A DNA stretch of 64,000 nt from an uncultured Pseudomonadota bacterium. GTDB lineage: Bacteria > Vulcanimicrobiota > Vulcanimicrobiia > Eremiobacterales > Eremiobacteraceae. How positions within the stretch are numbered: the first letter of the stretch is position 1; each line of letters begins with the position of its first letter. The notes below the pieces were generated by a model. The model made no database searches and was not told where the DNA came from. It saw only the letters and a program-made list of their open reading frames with translations. Of the stretch, positions 10,988 through 22,548 are shown piece by piece. The stretch lies in assembly GCA_963736005.1 (NCBI GenBank), contig CAVTNB010000001.1:1536001-1600000 (forward strand), given 5' to 3'. The translations under genes and the position numbers were made by a program.

Positions 10988-13900
10988 TCAGGACCGCGCC
11001 ACGGGTTCTGCTGGCGGCTGCGGCCGGGAGCCCGTGTTTTCAAGGGTCTTGAGGAGTTCTCTGTTGGCACGCTCGTACTCCTCAATTGCCCCGTGCTCGC
11101 TCGTGATGGCGATGTGGGCGCGCGGGTCGGTCAGCACCCGGCGCAGATATCGGCCCGTATACGAATGCGGCATTCTGGCGATTGCCTCGGGTGGACCCAT
11201 CGCAACAACCCGGCCACCCTTATCGCCGCCCTCGGGCCCAAGGTCAATGATGTAGTCCGCGGTCTTGATGACATCGAGATTGTGCTCGATGACCAACACG
11301 GTATTTCCGCTCTCGACAAGTCGACGCAACACCAAAAGCAATTGCGCGATGTCGGCAAAGTGCAGCCCGGTTGTCGGTTCGTCGAGAATGTAAAACGTTC
11401 GACCGGTGCTGCGCCGCGAGAGTTCGGTGGCAAGTTTCACGCGTTGTGCCTCGCCACCGGAAAGCGTCGTCGCCGGCTGACCCATTTGAATGTAGCCCAG
11501 GCCCACGTCGCAGATCGTCTGCAGTTTGTTATGAACGCGCGGGATGTTCGCAAAAAACTCCGCTGCCTCATCCACGCGCATCTCCAAGACGTCAGCGATC
11601 GACTTGCCTTTGTACTTTACCTCAAGCGTCTGCTGGTTGTAGCGCTTGCCTTTGCACACTTCGCACGGCACGTACACATCCGGCAAGAAGTGCATCTCGA
11701 TTTTGATGATGCCGTCGCCCGCGCACGCCTCGCACCGGCCGCCTTTGACGTTGAAGGAAAAGCGTCCGGGACCGTAGCCGCGCACGCGCGCGTCGGGTGT
11801 CAGCGAAAAGAGCTCGCGAATCGGATCGAAGGCGCCGGTATACGTCGCCGGATTGCTGCGTGGGGTGCGCCCAATGGGCGACTGGTCAATGACGATGGCT
11901 TTGTCGAGCTGTTCCAGACCGCGCACCTTGCCGTAGGTCTCTTCGGGTGGTTGTCCGTGCAGATGGTGAGCCAGCGCGCGATAGAGCACCATATCGACGA
12001 GGGTGGATTTGCCCGAGCCTGACACGCCGGTGATCGCGCAGAAAACCCCGAGCGGAAAATCGACGTCGATGTTCTTGAGGTTGTTCGCGCGCGCGCCTTT
12101 AATGCTGAGCGTGCCTTTGGGTTGGCGACGCTTGGGCGGAATGGGAATGACCGTTTCTCCGGAGAGAAAGCGGCCGGTGGCCGACGCCGGGGCGGCGCAA
12201 ATGTCGTCAATCGTTCCGGCCGCAACCACGTGGCCGCCGCTTTTGCCTGCACCGGGTCCGATGTCCACGATGTAATCCGCTTCACGCATCGTCTCTTCAT
12301 CGTGCTCCACCACGATGAGGGTGTTGCCCAAATCGCGCAGCGTTTTGAGGGTCGCGAGCAGACGAGCGTTGTCGCGCTGGTGTAAGCCAATGGAGGGCTC
12401 GTCCAAAATATACAGGACCCCGACGAGCGAGGATCCGATTTGCGTGGCGAGCCGAATGCGCTGCGCCTCGCCGCCGGAGAGGGTCGTCGCGCTGCGATCG
12501 AGCGTGAGATACTCAAGGCCGACATTGATGAGAAAGCCCAGTCTCGCACGCAATTCCTTGACGATCTGGCGCGCGATTTGCTCTTCCCGGCTGGTCAGTT
12601 TCAGCGCTTCGAAAAATTCCAGCGCGCGGTCGACGGGCAGCGACGTGAGCTTTGCAATGTTGAGGTTCGCGATTGTGACCGCGAGCGATTCGGGCTTGAG
12701 GCGCGCGCCTTTGCACGCTGGGCAGCGCACCGACGTCATCAGTTTTTCGATTTCTTCCTTGACGTAGTCCGAGGACGACTCTTCGTAGCGCCGCTGCAAG
12801 TTGGGAAGGATACCCTTATATTGTGATTCGTAATCCCAATGCTTGCCCGACCTGGTGCGGAAGCGAAATTCGCGCTTTTCGTCCGCGCCGTATAAGATCA
12901 CGTCGAGCAGTTCTTTGGGGAGCTTTTTGATCGGCGTGTCGAGACTGAAACCCTCATCTTTGAGCAGCGTCTCCACTTGCTGTACGTAAAATGGATTCAT
13001 GCCCGCCGAGAGGTTCTTGGTCCACGGCACGATCGCGCCTTCGCGGAAAGACTTGTTGCGATCCGGAATGACAAGACGCGGATCGATTTCGATGCGAGCC
13101 CCTAAGCCGGTGCACTCGGGGCACGCCCCATAGGGCGAGTTGAACGAGAACATGCGCGGCGCCAGCTCCTCGAAGGAGAGGCCGCACTCGATGCAGGCAA
13201 ACTTTTCAGAAAAGCTTTGTTCTTCTTCTTTCCCCCCCGGCTTTTGCACGAGCACGCTCAAGCTGCCTTGCGTGAGCTTCAGCGCCGTTTCAACCGAATC
13301 GGTCAGACGCTTGCGGACATCGGGCTTGATGACGAGACGGTCGACGACGATTTCAACCGTGTGCTTGCGCTTCTTGTCGATCGAGATTTTCTCACGCAGG
13401 TCGCGAATGTGGCCATCGACTCGCGCGCGGGCGTAGCCATCCTTGATTGCCTGCTCGAAGAGCTTCTGATACTCACCTTTGCGTCCGCGCACCATCGGGC
13501 CGAGCAACTGAATCTTCGTGCCTTCTGGCAATTCGAGAATTTGGTCGACGATTTGCTCTGCGGTTTGCGGGGTGATGGGACGGCCGCAGTTTGGGCAATG
13601 CGGATGGCCGATACGCGCATACAGCAAACGGAGGTAGTCGTAAATTTCCGTCACCGTGCCGACGGTCGAGCGCGGGTTACGGCTGGTTGATTTCTGATCG
13701 ATTGAAATCGCGGGAGACAAACCCTCGATGTAATCGACGTCTGGTTTTTCCATTTGACCGAGAAACTGCCGTGCATACGAGGAGAGCGATTCGACGTAGC
13801 GCCGTTGACCCTCAGCGTAGATCGTGTCGAAGGCAAGCGAGCTCTTGCCGGAGCCTGACAGGCCCGTGATGACGATGAGCTGGTTGCGCGGCAACGTTAG

Positions 13901-14029
13901 ATCGATGTTCTTGAGATTGTGCTCGCGCGCGCCCTTGACCAAAATGTGCTCGAGCCCGTGCCGCGGCGCAATCGCCAGCACGGGAGCTGCGTAGGGATCC
14001 TCCCTCGGGCCATTTTGGGATTTTTGCAT
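10988..14029 (-). CDS. uvrA: Excinuclease ABC subunit A
   Basis: GAREHNLKN, two Walker A motifs ([16 protein letters not shown]), LSGGEAQR twice, Zn fingers. Confidence 0.98.
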   Translation of the reverse strand: MQKSQNGPREDPYAAPVLAIAPRHGLEHILVKGAREHNLKNIDLTLPRNQLIVITGLSGSGKSSLAFDTIYAEGQRRYVESLSSYARQFLGQMEKPDVDYIEGLSPAISIDQKSTSRNPRSTVGTVTEIYDYLRLLYARIGHPHCPNCGRPITPQTAEQIVDQILELPEGTKIQLLGPMVRGRKGEYQKLFEQAIKDGYARARVDGHIRDLREKISIDKKRKHTVEIVVDRLVIKPDVRKRLTDSVETALKLTQGSLSVLVQKPGGKEEEQSFSEKFACIECGLSFEELAPRMFSFNSPYGACPECTGLGARIEIDPRLVIPDRNKSFREGAIVPWTKNLSAGMNPFYVQQVETLLKDEGFSLDTPIKKLPKELLDVILYGADEKREFRFRTRSGKHWDYESQYKGILPNLQRRYEESSSDYVKEEIEKLMTSVRCPACKGARLKPESLAVTIANLNIAKLTSLPVDRALEFFEALKLTSREEQIARQIVKELRARLGFLINVGLEYLTLDRSATTLSGGEAQRIRLATQIGSSLVGVLYILDEPSIGLHQRDNARLLATLKTLRDLGNTLIVVEHDEETMREADYIVDIGPGAGKSGGHVVAAGTIDDICAAPASATGRFLSGETVIPIPPKRRQPKGTLSIKGARANNLKNIDVDFPLGVFCAITGVSGSGKSTLVDMVLYRALAHHLHGQPPEETYGKVRGLEQLDKAIVIDQSPIGRTPRSNPATYTGAFDPIRELFSLTPDARVRGYGPGRFSFNVKGGRCEACAGDGIIKIEMHFLPDVYVPCEVCKGKRYNQQTLEVKYKGKSIADVLEMRVDEAAEFFANIPRVHNKLQTICDVGLGYIQMGQPATTLSGGEAQRVKLATELSRRSTGRTFYILDEPTTGLHFADIAQLLLVLRRLVESGNTVLVIEHNLDVIKTADYIIDLGPEGGDKGGRVVAMGPPEAIARMPHSYTGRYLRRVLTDPRAHIAITSEHGAIEEYERANRELLKTLENTGSRPQPPAEPVARS

Positions 14030-14046
14030 AGAAAAGACTATTTCGA

Positions 14047-14098
14047 GGGCGATTTTCCAATCGCCCCCTGGATGGGCGACTTTACAGTCGCCCGCTAC
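14047..14098 (-). repeat. Composite REP, families C plus D
   Basis: gggcgattttccaatcgccccc..gggcgactttacagtcgcccgctac; near-identical to 29549-29601. Confidence 0.85.
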
Positions 14099-14805
14099 AT
14101 TTTGGCGAGGGCGGTGGGGAGGTCGGCGATTGAAGGAATCTCCGCTTCGGGCGGGCGCGCACCTGCAGGAAGCTTTTCGTTTCGGCTATTTACCCATATC
14201 GCACGCATGCCGGCGGCGTGGGCACCGGAAATGTCGCGGTCGAAGCGGTCCCCGACCATGACGCTCTCATCCGCCGTAACCGCAAGCTCGCTCATCGCGT
14301 GCGCAAAAATAGCTGGATCGGGTTTGGCAAGCTCCATCTCGCCGGCGAGCACGACCGCATCGAAGAAGCGGGCCAGTTCGAGACGGGCAATCTTGGCTTC
14401 GTGGGTCTCCGCAAAGCCATTGGTAATGATGGCCATCTTATAGCGGCCATGCAGTTGGCGCAAGACAGGGAGCGTTTCGGGAAATAATTCGACGCGCTCG
14501 ATGCGAATTGCGTCGTAGCGAGCGGCGAGCCGGCGGGCGAGATCGGCGTCATCGATGCCGTGGGCGCGCAGGGCAGTCAGCCACAATCGGGGACGAATTG
14601 CGCCACTTGGCGGCTTGGGCGCTTTGGGCTCCAGGGTCTCCCAAAAACTCATTGCAGCGTTCATATAGGCGACCGCAAGGAGTTGCGCCGAGATGCCGCG
14701 ATCGGCGGCCAGTTCGGATGCCGCGAGGGCCGCGCTGCGCTCGCTCGAGATCGTGTCGTCGAGCAATGTGTCGTCGAGATCGAAAAAGATTGCCTTAACT
14801 TGCAT
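14095..14805 (-). CDS. HAD-superfamily hydrolase
   Basis: [24 protein letters not shown] motifs. Confidence 0.92.
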   Translation of the reverse strand: MQVKAIFFDLDDTLLDDTISSERSAALAASELAADRGISAQLLAVAYMNAAMSFWETLEPKAPKPPSGAIRPRLWLTALRAHGIDDADLARRLAARYDAIRIERVELFPETLPVLRQLHGRYKMAIITNGFAETHEAKIARLELARFFDAVVLAGEMELAKPDPAIFAHAMSELAVTADESVMVGDRFDRDISGAHAAGMRAIWVNSRNEKLPAGARPPEAEIPSIADLPTALAKM

Positions 14806-14813
14806 TGCGGCGA

Positions 14814-14838
14814 AGCGGACCTAAAGGTCCGCTGCTAC
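14814..14838 (-). repeat. Family B REP
   Basis: agcggacctaaaggtccgctgctac. Confidence 0.85.
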
Positions 14839-14851
14839 ATCACGCATAGGG

Positions 14852-16948
14852 TTAAATATAGAACAGGCGCGGCAGCCTCTGGAAGCTGGCCACGAGCTGA
14901 GTCAGCGCTGCGTCACCTTGTCTTGGATCGAGCGTTGTTTCAAGCGACGGTAAGGTAGAGATCACATCGTCGTAGTTGTACATAATGCTTCCCTGCCACA
15001 ATTGGCCTGGGACACCCTCGGACGCATAAAACGCGCTGCGAATCTCGAATGCGAGCGTGCGCAGTTTCTCCAATTCTGCGAGATTCGCCGTCGCCACTGA
15101 CTGGTCGACCGAGCTATCAATGCTTGCCGCAAGTTGAGTGAACTTTACGATCTGTGGCTCCAAAGTCCGCACGACCATTGCACGCCTGGCCTCATCGCCT
15201 GTGCCGTTGGCAAAGATGTTCAAGCGGCGTTGCACTGCGAGCGCCAAGTCGCTCAAACGAATGTCTGGGTACGGAGCATCGGCAAGTCTCAGCATCTCAA
15301 TGGTGTAAAAGCGAGCGGCTGCATCAGCATAGCGCATGCCAGGATCGAGCACTCGCAAGCTAGCCGGATCGTCGTAGGCGGAATGGTACGTACCAAAGAC
15401 GCCGGCGTAAGCGATGCCATTTGATGGTATTCCCAGGTGGTACGTGAACGGCTCGTGATCGCTGCCTTCACCTGGTGGACCCACCGCCAACGTCGCGTCT
15501 TGCTTTTTCCAATACGCTGTCACCGAGCTTCCGTCAGGTGCGATGGCCGCATCGGAAACCGACCGAGTGATACCGATGAGGTCATCGGTCGCGCCGGCGT
15601 AAAACGTCGGCCCCATGGCAACTTCGTCCGTGTTCATGTACGCCCAACAGGACCGGCGTAGTTGGTCAGCGTTCTGATCCACCCAGGCAGCGCTCCCGAA
15701 ATCGTTGAGCTCCTCTCCATCCCACGAACCGATGACGAGAGTTCGAAAAGGGCGCCAGCCAGTTTTACGCAGCTCGCGCACTGCGTCTCCAAGCTGCAGC
15801 ATGGCAACGGTACCGCTGATGGGATCGACGGCTCCATATGTCCACGCATCGCGATGGCCGCCGATGATCACGCTTTCGTTCGGCGCGGCCATGCCTTTCA
15901 TCGTTGCGATAACATCCCAAATCGGACCGATGAAGCGGCGGCTCTTGAGCACGTAATGGACGCGCTCGACGCCCCCGATGCGGACATTGGCCGAGGTTTT
16001 TGTCGCCCAGGCGCGCGGCGCGAGCGGTCCGCCGAGGTTCGCCTCCAACTGTTGCGCGACGAGCGCAGTAATGGCGCTCACCGGAATTGGGGGAACTCGC
16101 AGGGTTGAAAACGACGTGTGCTTTGCACCAGGTACGGGAATGCCGATGGCAGTGGGATCACCGGCGTTGTATTCAATGAGCATCGTGTTGCGAAGTGCTG
16201 CTCCGAGCGGGCGCCCAGGCCCATTTGGATATGGCTTCGTCCCTGGCTTAGGTGGAAAAAATGGATCGTAGCCGGGCTCAGGATAGATGAGAAGCGCTTT
16301 GCCGCCATAACTGACGGCCCGACGCCCCTTGGAGTCTGCGCTTCCGTGACCCATTTTTACAATGATGATTGCGCCCGCCAAATTCACGTGCTTGCTCTTG
16401 AGCAGTGCAAAATCTTCGGCGCGTCCGTAGTTTGCGTAGATCAGCGTCCCATCGGCATCTCCGTCATTGCTAAATCCTGAGTACGGCTTGCCGATCTCTT
16501 CATGATTTTTCGAGTATGGGTCGCCTGCAACGGCGGGCTCGTACAGATCGACGGACCGCTGGAAAGGCGCACTGATTTCCAAATGTTGCTCGATTGGCCA
16601 AACGTTAGCGACGGCATACGTGACGATGGATGCATCAAAGCCATCCGCGGCAAGTCGGTTGCGCACGTAGACGGCCGTTTGGTAGTCGGCTGGCTGACCC
16701 ATGCGGTGCACGTGGCCAGCCAGCACGAGTTCATCTTGCGTCGCGGTGTGCGCATTTGGCGACGCATTCGCGATGCGTTCGGCATCAAGTTCGCGAGCCG
16801 CCATAGCGCTTGGAAATCCTACCATCGCCGGGGGCGATGTTGTGTCGGCGTCAGACGGCAGCAGCGCCGAGGACAGTGCCACGAGCAATGTTAAACTTGC
16901 GGGCAACCAAAAATTGCTCCTCGCTTTGGGGATCGCTGGTGTGCGCAT
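14852..16948 (-). CDS. M28 family peptidase with PA domain (glutamate carboxypeptidase II-like), secreted
   Basis: YANYG, GGHRDAW..GAVDP, SWDGEE, SDH, YHS.YD; signal peptide after MRTPA (start 16948). Confidence 0.88.
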   Translation of the reverse strand: MRTPAIPKARSNFWLPASLTLLVALSSALLPSDADTTSPPAMVGFPSAMAARELDAERIANASPNAHTATQDELVLAGHVHRMGQPADYQTAVYVRNRLAADGFDASIVTYAVANVWPIEQHLEISAPFQRSVDLYEPAVAGDPYSKNHEEIGKPYSGFSNDGDADGTLIYANYGRAEDFALLKSKHVNLAGAIIIVKMGHGSADSKGRRAVSYGGKALLIYPEPGYDPFFPPKPGTKPYPNGPGRPLGAALRNTMLIEYNAGDPTAIGIPVPGAKHTSFSTLRVPPIPVSAITALVAQQLEANLGGPLAPRAWATKTSANVRIGGVERVHYVLKSRRFIGPIWDVIATMKGMAAPNESVIIGGHRDAWTYGAVDPISGTVAMLQLGDAVRELRKTGWRPFRTLVIGSWDGEELNDFGSAAWVDQNADQLRRSCWAYMNTDEVAMGPTFYAGATDDLIGITRSVSDAAIAPDGSSVTAYWKKQDATLAVGPPGEGSDHEPFTYHLGIPSNGIAYAGVFGTYHSAYDDPASLRVLDPGMRYADAAARFYTIEMLRLADAPYPDIRLSDLALAVQRRLNIFANGTGDEARRAMVVRTLEPQIVKFTQLAASIDSSVDQSVATANLAELEKLRTLAFEIRSAFYASEGVPGQLWQGSIMYNYDDVISTLPSLETTLDPRQGDAALTQLVASFQRLPRLFYI

Positions 16949-16958
16949 GCTGCTAGAG

Positions 16959-18878
16959 TTATTCCGGCGAGCGCGCTGACCTTCCGCCGAGATCGTAAAC
17001 AGTGACCCCGTTGGCTCGAAAATCCGCGCGCAGCGCCGTGCGCTCATCCGCGGCAAGCACCGTCCAATCGATTCCAGTCGGCGTTCGGTGGGTATAGGCA
17101 TCGTTTGCATTGACCACGAGATAGCGAATCCCAAGCGCGCGCAACACATCGTAGCGAGCCCGAGGAGACGCCTGCCAATCCACAACCAGCGCCTGCTGAT
17201 AGTAAGGGTTGCCCCAACGAGTGCCCACGGGGAAATAATAGTCGCGCACGTCATCGAGCGCTAATATTTGTTCGCCGGCGATGCCATGCTGCGCGAGCCA
17301 CTGCGCCGCCGCAAACGTTTCGAGCCGCGCGTCCAGGTACTGCGCCGCGCTCTCTTTCCCTACAATGTAGCGCATTGATGGAACGATGCTTTGCGCTGCT
17401 TCAAGGCGGGTAGATGGCAGCCAGTTCACGAGAACCGAGTAAGCGCAGAGCACGGTGACAGCAACAACGCTCACCGAACGCAGGCGCGCGCCGACCGCAG
17501 ACGTGCCGACCGCCACAAGTGCCGCATATAGCGAAAGCGGCGCCAGCGCGAATCGCCACTGTTGACTTAGAAAAAACCACGCCACGGTGAGCGCAAGGGT
17601 CACGAGCCCAACAACCAGCGTCGAGCGTGTGGCAATGAGACCCACCGCCGCAAAGACAATGCCGGCGCGCAACGCGAGACCCGGATCGCCGCAGAACGTT
17701 CGTGGTGCAACGATCAGGCGGTCCGGCAGCAGCACAAGATCTGTTAGTGACGTGCCGCCGCCACACCAGTGCCGCGTCATGTCCACGTAGCGCGCACCGA
17801 AGTCGCGCACTGCGGCATATTGCGTGAGCACAGAGAGGAACGGATAGACTGGGTCTCCAGTTACTGCAAAGGTGCGCACATACCAGCCAGCTGCGATCAG
17901 CACGACGCCGAGCAGAAATCCACCTATAGCTTCCCATCGTGGCGCCGTGCGCACCGCAACAAATATAAAGACAATAGCGCAGACACCGAGGCCAGAGTAC
18001 TTCACCGCCGCGGCTGCGCCACAAAGCAAGCCCACCAGAACGAAAGTCGCGAATAAATTCGCGACACTACCTTTGTTTGGCGTCGCACGGTGTTGTGAGG
18101 CAAGAATCGTTAGAATGCTTGCTACCGCGAACATTGCGAACGGTACGTCTACATAGAATGTGGGAGCGAGCCATAGCCAAAGCTCGCAGGATGTTACCAG
18201 CATCGCCGCAACAATGCCGCTGCCTGGAGCGATCCGCGAGGAGACGGCGTAGGTGAGAAGGGCGAGGCAAAGTCCTGCGCCCAAGGTTGCCATCGCAGCG
18301 CCGGCGGAACCTGCGATCGCGTAAGCGGGCAGCGCAGCCGCTTCCCCGAGCTGCGGGAAGCCCGTTTGAACCATCTGTGGCGAAAAAATAAACGTCCCAT
18401 GAGCGAGCGCAGAGGCGACGAGCGGCAGGTGGTATGCAATCGGGTCCCACCACACGGCGGGCAACGCCGCCGCGACGATGCCGGTCACGATCGCAGCGAC
18501 GATCACGCAGCACGCAGCTCGATCCGCGACCTTCAAATCGCGCCAACGCGCAAGAACGCTTTGAAAAAATCGGGGTAGCTCGCGAAAACGCCTGCGGTGA
18601 ACTGGCAGCCGCACAACAATTGCTACCAAGAGCAGCAGCCACAGCGCAAGCGGACGGATTCCACCAAAAAGACCGAGTACCGCGACGGCGCTTCCCAAAA
18701 GCGCATAGCCCGTCGCCGCACCAACTCCAAGGCGCTCCGCGCTGCGGGCGAAATCAGCCCAGCGAGAGACCAGCGCCACGCCGTAATCGGCAGCGACGAT
18801 CCACGTGAGCGCAGCGGCGGCAATGCCCGCCAAAAGCCGAGGCCAAAACGCAGCCAGGTCCAACACATGCGGCGCCAT
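16959..18878 (-). CDS. Polytopic membrane protein, GT-C (PMT/ArnT-like) glycosyltransferase-like
   Basis: Many TM helices; WDPIAYHLP, YVD, KYSG, WYVRTFAVTGDPVYPF motifs. Confidence 0.7.
   Translation of the reverse strand: MAPHVLDLAAFWPRLLAGIAAAALTWIVAADYGVALVSRWADFARSAERLGVGAATGYALLGSAVAVLGLFGGIRPLALWLLLLVAIVVRLPVHRRRFRELPRFFQSVLARWRDLKVADRAACCVIVAAIVTGIVAAALPAVWWDPIAYHLPLVASALAHGTFIFSPQMVQTGFPQLGEAAALPAYAIAGSAGAAMATLGAGLCLALLTYAVSSRIAPGSGIVAAMLVTSCELWLWLAPTFYVDVPFAMFAVASILTILASQHRATPNKGSVANLFATFVLVGLLCGAAAAVKYSGLGVCAIVFIFVAVRTAPRWEAIGGFLLGVVLIAAGWYVRTFAVTGDPVYPFLSVLTQYAAVRDFGARYVDMTRHWCGGGTSLTDLVLLPDRLIVAPRTFCGDPGLALRAGIVFAAVGLIATRSTLVVGLVTLALTVAWFFLSQQWRFALAPLSLYAALVAVGTSAVGARLRSVSVVAVTVLCAYSVLVNWLPSTRLEAAQSIVPSMRYIVGKESAAQYLDARLETFAAAQWLAQHGIAGEQILALDDVRDYYFPVGTRWGNPYYQQALVVDWQASPRARYDVLRALGIRYLVVNANDAYTHRTPTGIDWTVLAADERTALRADFRANGVTVYDLGGRSARSPE
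18046..18070 (-). repeat. Family A REP inside a coding sequence
   Basis: Identical 25-mer to 126-150, read in frame as GSVANLFAT. Confidence 0.8.
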
Positions 18879-18899
18879 CTACCTTACCTATCGGAAATT

Positions 18900-20351
18900 T
18901 CAGCGCTCGAAGCGGAGCACGACGACGTCTTCAGCCGGCAAATAACGATTGAATTGGTGGACGCTCGTGAGGTGGTACTCCTTGCCAAGCACACCCAGGA
19001 GGACGAGATTGGGATCGATGCCGCGCGGCTCGTAAACGATGACCCACACTCGTCGGTATTGCTTTGCCGCGTTGAGCGCCTTTGGAATCTGATTCGCGTA
19101 GAAAATGAACAAGTGCGGATGCGAGAGGATGTCTTTATCGCCGGGAAGAGTCCAAAACGGCATTCCCTGTTCTGCGAGGACGAGATCGCCCTGCTGCTCC
19201 TCGCGGGAAAGCACTTGGGCAACCCCGGACCAGTCCGCTGTATAAAAGGAGGGATCCAGTGCATACGCAGCGCCGAGCACGATGATGCCTGCAATGAATG
19301 AAGCAGTGACAAGCACCACCGCTCGCAACCGTCTTTCCATCGCGAGAGCGAAGAGGCATCCTGTCCACGCCGCGAGCGCATACGCGAGAAAGATGTAGTA
19401 GCGATCCAGATAGAGGAGCTTGTGCGTTGCCACCCCATAAAGAAATGTGAGCAGCGCGGGCATCCCAAGCCAAGGCAACAGCGATCGACCTGCGTAGACG
19501 ATTGTCGCCCACAGCGCTGCGCCGAGCCACAACCATGCCAACGCTGCGGCAACATTGGCGAACGTGCCCTCGAGCTGAGGAACGACCGTCGCCTGAGCCG
19601 CGAGCGAGAGCAATCCAGCGACTTCGTGCCCTCGATAACCCGCAAAGGTTTGTCCTCCCATGCCGAGTTGATGGAGCAAGGCGGGCACCTGCGGAGTCCA
19701 AAGAAGGATTGCGCCGGTAAACGAGACGCTCGCCTCCAGCAATCGATCGCGGCGTAAACAAAGCACGTAAAGAATTTGGGCGAGTACCGCAAACCAAGCC
19801 AAGTACAACGTGTAGCCCGCGAGGACCGCAGCGGCGGACCACAGAGCCCACAGCAACCAACGGCGACGGGAAGTCAAATCGGTGCGGGTAAGGATGATGG
19901 AAAGCAGGAGGAACTCAACCAGCGTGAGCGCGTCGCTCAGCGCGTACATCCTTATCCACGTATCGTAAAAGATAAGAATCGGCATAAACGCAGCACACAG
20001 GGCGGCTATCGACGCTGCTGGGTCACCTACCCACGTGCGCACGATAAAATACAGCAGCACCACGGACGCGGTACCGAACGCTACCATCAGCATGCGAGGC
20101 ATCCAGAGCGGAGCGTGCGCTAGACCGGAAACGTGTAGCAACAGAAAAAAGAACGGTGGATGAACATCGACGGTACGCAAGATTTGGAGCATGTCCTTGA
20201 CTGGAAATGTGCCCCACTGGAGTGAGATGCGTTCGTCCGTATGGAAGGGCCGGCGCAAAGCGTCGATCGTTCGAATTGCGAATGCCAGGCCGGTGAGAGC
20301 CGCAAGCACCCAGGGCTGAGGCAGCCCCAGCGCCCTGTGACGCGTCGCCAT
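18900..20351 (-). CDS. Glycosyltransferase family 39 (PMT-like) membrane protein
   Basis: DE motif (HTDE), DVHPPFFF, RMY, multiple TM helices; start uncertain (20351 or 20378). Confidence 0.75.
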   Translation of the reverse strand: MATRHRALGLPQPWVLAALTGLAFAIRTIDALRRPFHTDERISLQWGTFPVKDMLQILRTVDVHPPFFFLLLHVSGLAHAPLWMPRMLMVAFGTASVVLLYFIVRTWVGDPAASIAALCAAFMPILIFYDTWIRMYALSDALTLVEFLLLSIILTRTDLTSRRRWLLWALWSAAAVLAGYTLYLAWFAVLAQILYVLCLRRDRLLEASVSFTGAILLWTPQVPALLHQLGMGGQTFAGYRGHEVAGLLSLAAQATVVPQLEGTFANVAAALAWLWLGAALWATIVYAGRSLLPWLGMPALLTFLYGVATHKLLYLDRYYIFLAYALAAWTGCLFALAMERRLRAVVLVTASFIAGIIVLGAAYALDPSFYTADWSGVAQVLSREEQQGDLVLAEQGMPFWTLPGDKDILSHPHLFIFYANQIPKALNAAKQYRRVWVIVYEPRGIDPNLVLLGVLGKEYHLTSVHQFNRYLPAEDVVVLRFER

Positions 20352-20418
20352 ATTCGATGTATCGGACCTTTTAGGCATCTGAAACCGTCCCACTTCATGA
20401 TTCGCGCGCCCGAAGCCG

Positions 20419-21369
20419 ATGAATAGTAGCACAAGGATGCACTCGCAAAAAATGCCGGATTCCACTGCCATTGGCGTCATGGCTTATAATGAAGAGCGAA
20501 ATGTCGGGCGACTGCTCGACAGCGTGCTGGGCCAAACTGCTTCGGCCCGCATCTCGAAGATCGTCGTTGTTGCCAGCGGTTGTACCGACCGCACCTGCGA
20601 AATCGTCGAGCGCTACCGCCTTCAGGATCCACGCATCACGCTGATCGCGGAGCCGAATCGCGGCGGCAAGGTGGCGGCGATCAACCAGTTTCTCTTCACG
20701 GCACAAGAAGAGATTCTGTTCATCTCCGGCGCCGATCTTGTCTTCGAACCCGATACCTTGGAGCGAATGCTCGCACCCTTCGACGATCCTGAGGTGGGCA
20801 TGGTTGGCGCGCACCCGATCCCGGTCGACTCGACGGAGACTTTTTTCGGGTACGCTGTCAATCTCATGTGGACGTTGCATCATGACATTTCGCTGCGCGA
20901 CCCCAAGATGGGGGAGCTCATCGCCTTTCGCAACGTGTTCCGGCGTCTCGATCCAAATGTGATCAACGACGAGTTGTCGGTGCACCAGCTCGTCCGCTCT
21001 GCCGGCTACCGGCTTGAGTATGCACCCGATGCGCGCATTCGCAATAAGGGACCCGAGAATCTCAGCGATTTTATCTCACAACGCACGCGATGCATCATCG
21101 GAAATCTACAGATCATACGCGATCACAATGTACCGGTATCAACCATGCGAACGCTTCCAGTCATTCGCGCTGCCTTTCCGCATGCGCTGCGCAATTGGCG
21201 CCGGTTGCATTGGACGGTGGCTGCCGCCGCGCTCGAATTTTATTGCCGTCTGAAGAGCCGCTCTATTTATCGCTCCAAAGAAAAACGCCAGAACTACAAA
21301 GTTTGGGAGCAAGTCTCGACCACAAAGGCGCTCGACCGCGCGGAACAACGGACCAAGGCTGCGCATTAA
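20419..21369 (+). CDS. Glycosyltransferase family 2
   Basis: AYNEE, SGCTDRT, GKVAAIN, ADL, QRTR motifs. Confidence 0.88.
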   Translation: MNSSTRMHSQKMPDSTAIGVMAYNEERNVGRLLDSVLGQTASARISKIVVVASGCTDRTCEIVERYRLQDPRITLIAEPNRGGKVAAINQFLFTAQEEILFISGADLVFEPDTLERMLAPFDDPEVGMVGAHPIPVDSTETFFGYAVNLMWTLHHDISLRDPKMGELIAFRNVFRRLDPNVINDELSVHQLVRSAGYRLEYAPDARIRNKGPENLSDFISQRTRCIIGNLQIIRDHNVPVSTMRTLPVIRAAFPHALRNWRRLHWTVAAAALEFYCRLKSRSIYRSKEKRQNYKVWEQVSTTKALDRAEQRTKAAH

Positions 21370-21384
21370 GCGTGCAATCTCTGG

Positions 21385-21423
21385 CGCGCGAATGAATTCG
21401 CGCGACTACATTTCGCCCGCTAC
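21385..21423 (-). repeat. Family A REP plus partial family D arm between convergent GT2 genes
   Basis: cgcgcgaatgaattcgcgcgactac..cgcccgctac. Confidence 0.8.
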
Positions 21424-22481
21424 ACCCCGGTCGGGGTGATATATTTTGCGTAGGCGGAGCCATCTTGACCGATGCTCGCGCGCAACAAACGCTGCGCTTC
21501 GCGTGCTCGCCGCGCGACGCGCGCTGACTCAACAGATGCGAGGGCGCTGCGAACTCCAGGAATCGTGCGGCACGTAGCAATCGCTCCTTTGATAACCGAT
21601 GCGGTGATCGGCCGAGAATACTTGTCGCGTAAAGCGGCCACTGCAATCTCGGCGTTCTTATCGTTACCCGCCACGATGGATTTTACCGCGATCTCATAGA
21701 GCTTGCGGCGAGTTTGCCTTGCCATCATGCGTGGAATGTCCGCGCGTAGCGCGGGGTCGATGCGGGTATCGGAACGCAGTTTCTCGGCGATGCGCTCGTA
21801 ACCGGAAATGACGCTTGCATCTTCAGCTGCTGACAACCGGGTTCCATGGTGGATGTAGGCCGCGCTCGGCTCGAAGAATACTTCGTACGGGAAGCGCGAT
21901 GCGACCCGCAGTTCGTAGTCGAGATCCGCTGGTCCGGCAACCTCCGCATCGACGAGCCCCACTTTCTCGATCACGTCTCGGCGGAAAAGAATTGCAGTAA
22001 GCGTGGGGTGCCTGTTGCCGAGCATTGCGAGGAAGCCTTCCGGCGGGTCATACCGACCCTCCCTACTCCACAGCGCCAGCGGCGCATACCGGACCGTTCC
22101 CGCGTCATCGAACTCTATCGCAGAACCCGCCGCAAAGAGCGCTTCCTGATCCTTGATAAGTCGCGTAATCGCTGACGTGTAAAAGGTGGGGAACAAGACG
22201 TCATCATCTGATAGAAAGGAAAAGTATGGCGTGTCAACGCGTTCCATGCCGAATTGGAAATTGCGCGCGACCGGTACCGCCTGCGGGTGACAAAAATATC
22301 GCACGCGCGAATCTTGCGAAGCGATCTGGGCGACGACGGCCTGAGTTTCGTCGCCGGACGCGTTGTCGTAGACGCAGACCTGCACATCCCGATAGGTTTG
22401 GTTGAGCGTACTTGCAATAGCTCGGCGCAGCAATTGCGGCCGACGAAAGGTTGGTATGATGGTCGTGACCAGCTCGCTCAA
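21420..22481 (-). CDS. Glycosyltransferase family 2
   Basis: IIPTFRR, DNASGD, FLSDDD, DLDYELR. Confidence 0.88.
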   Translation of the reverse strand: MSELVTTIIPTFRRPQLLRRAIASTLNQTYRDVQVCVYDNASGDETQAVVAQIASQDSRVRYFCHPQAVPVARNFQFGMERVDTPYFSFLSDDDVLFPTFYTSAITRLIKDQEALFAAGSAIEFDDAGTVRYAPLALWSREGRYDPPEGFLAMLGNRHPTLTAILFRRDVIEKVGLVDAEVAGPADLDYELRVASRFPYEVFFEPSAAYIHHGTRLSAAEDASVISGYERIAEKLRSDTRIDPALRADIPRMMARQTRRKLYEIAVKSIVAGNDKNAEIAVAALRDKYSRPITASVIKGAIATCRTIPGVRSALASVESARVARRAREAQRLLRASIGQDGSAYAKYITPTGV

Positions 22482-22548
22482 TCCTGTTGGCCTCGAAACA
22501 AAGGGGTGGAACGGTTCTTCAAACGAACCGTGGTGCGTGAAGCTTTCG

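Noticed and set aside
16949..17254. N-terminal extension of the 800-aa M28 ORF
   Set aside because: Overlaps the upstream gene; the signal peptide begins at ATG 16948
18884..19792. 302-aa alternative-frame ORF
   Set aside because: Lies within the GT39 gene on the same strand, no recognisable motifs; GC-rich shadow ORF
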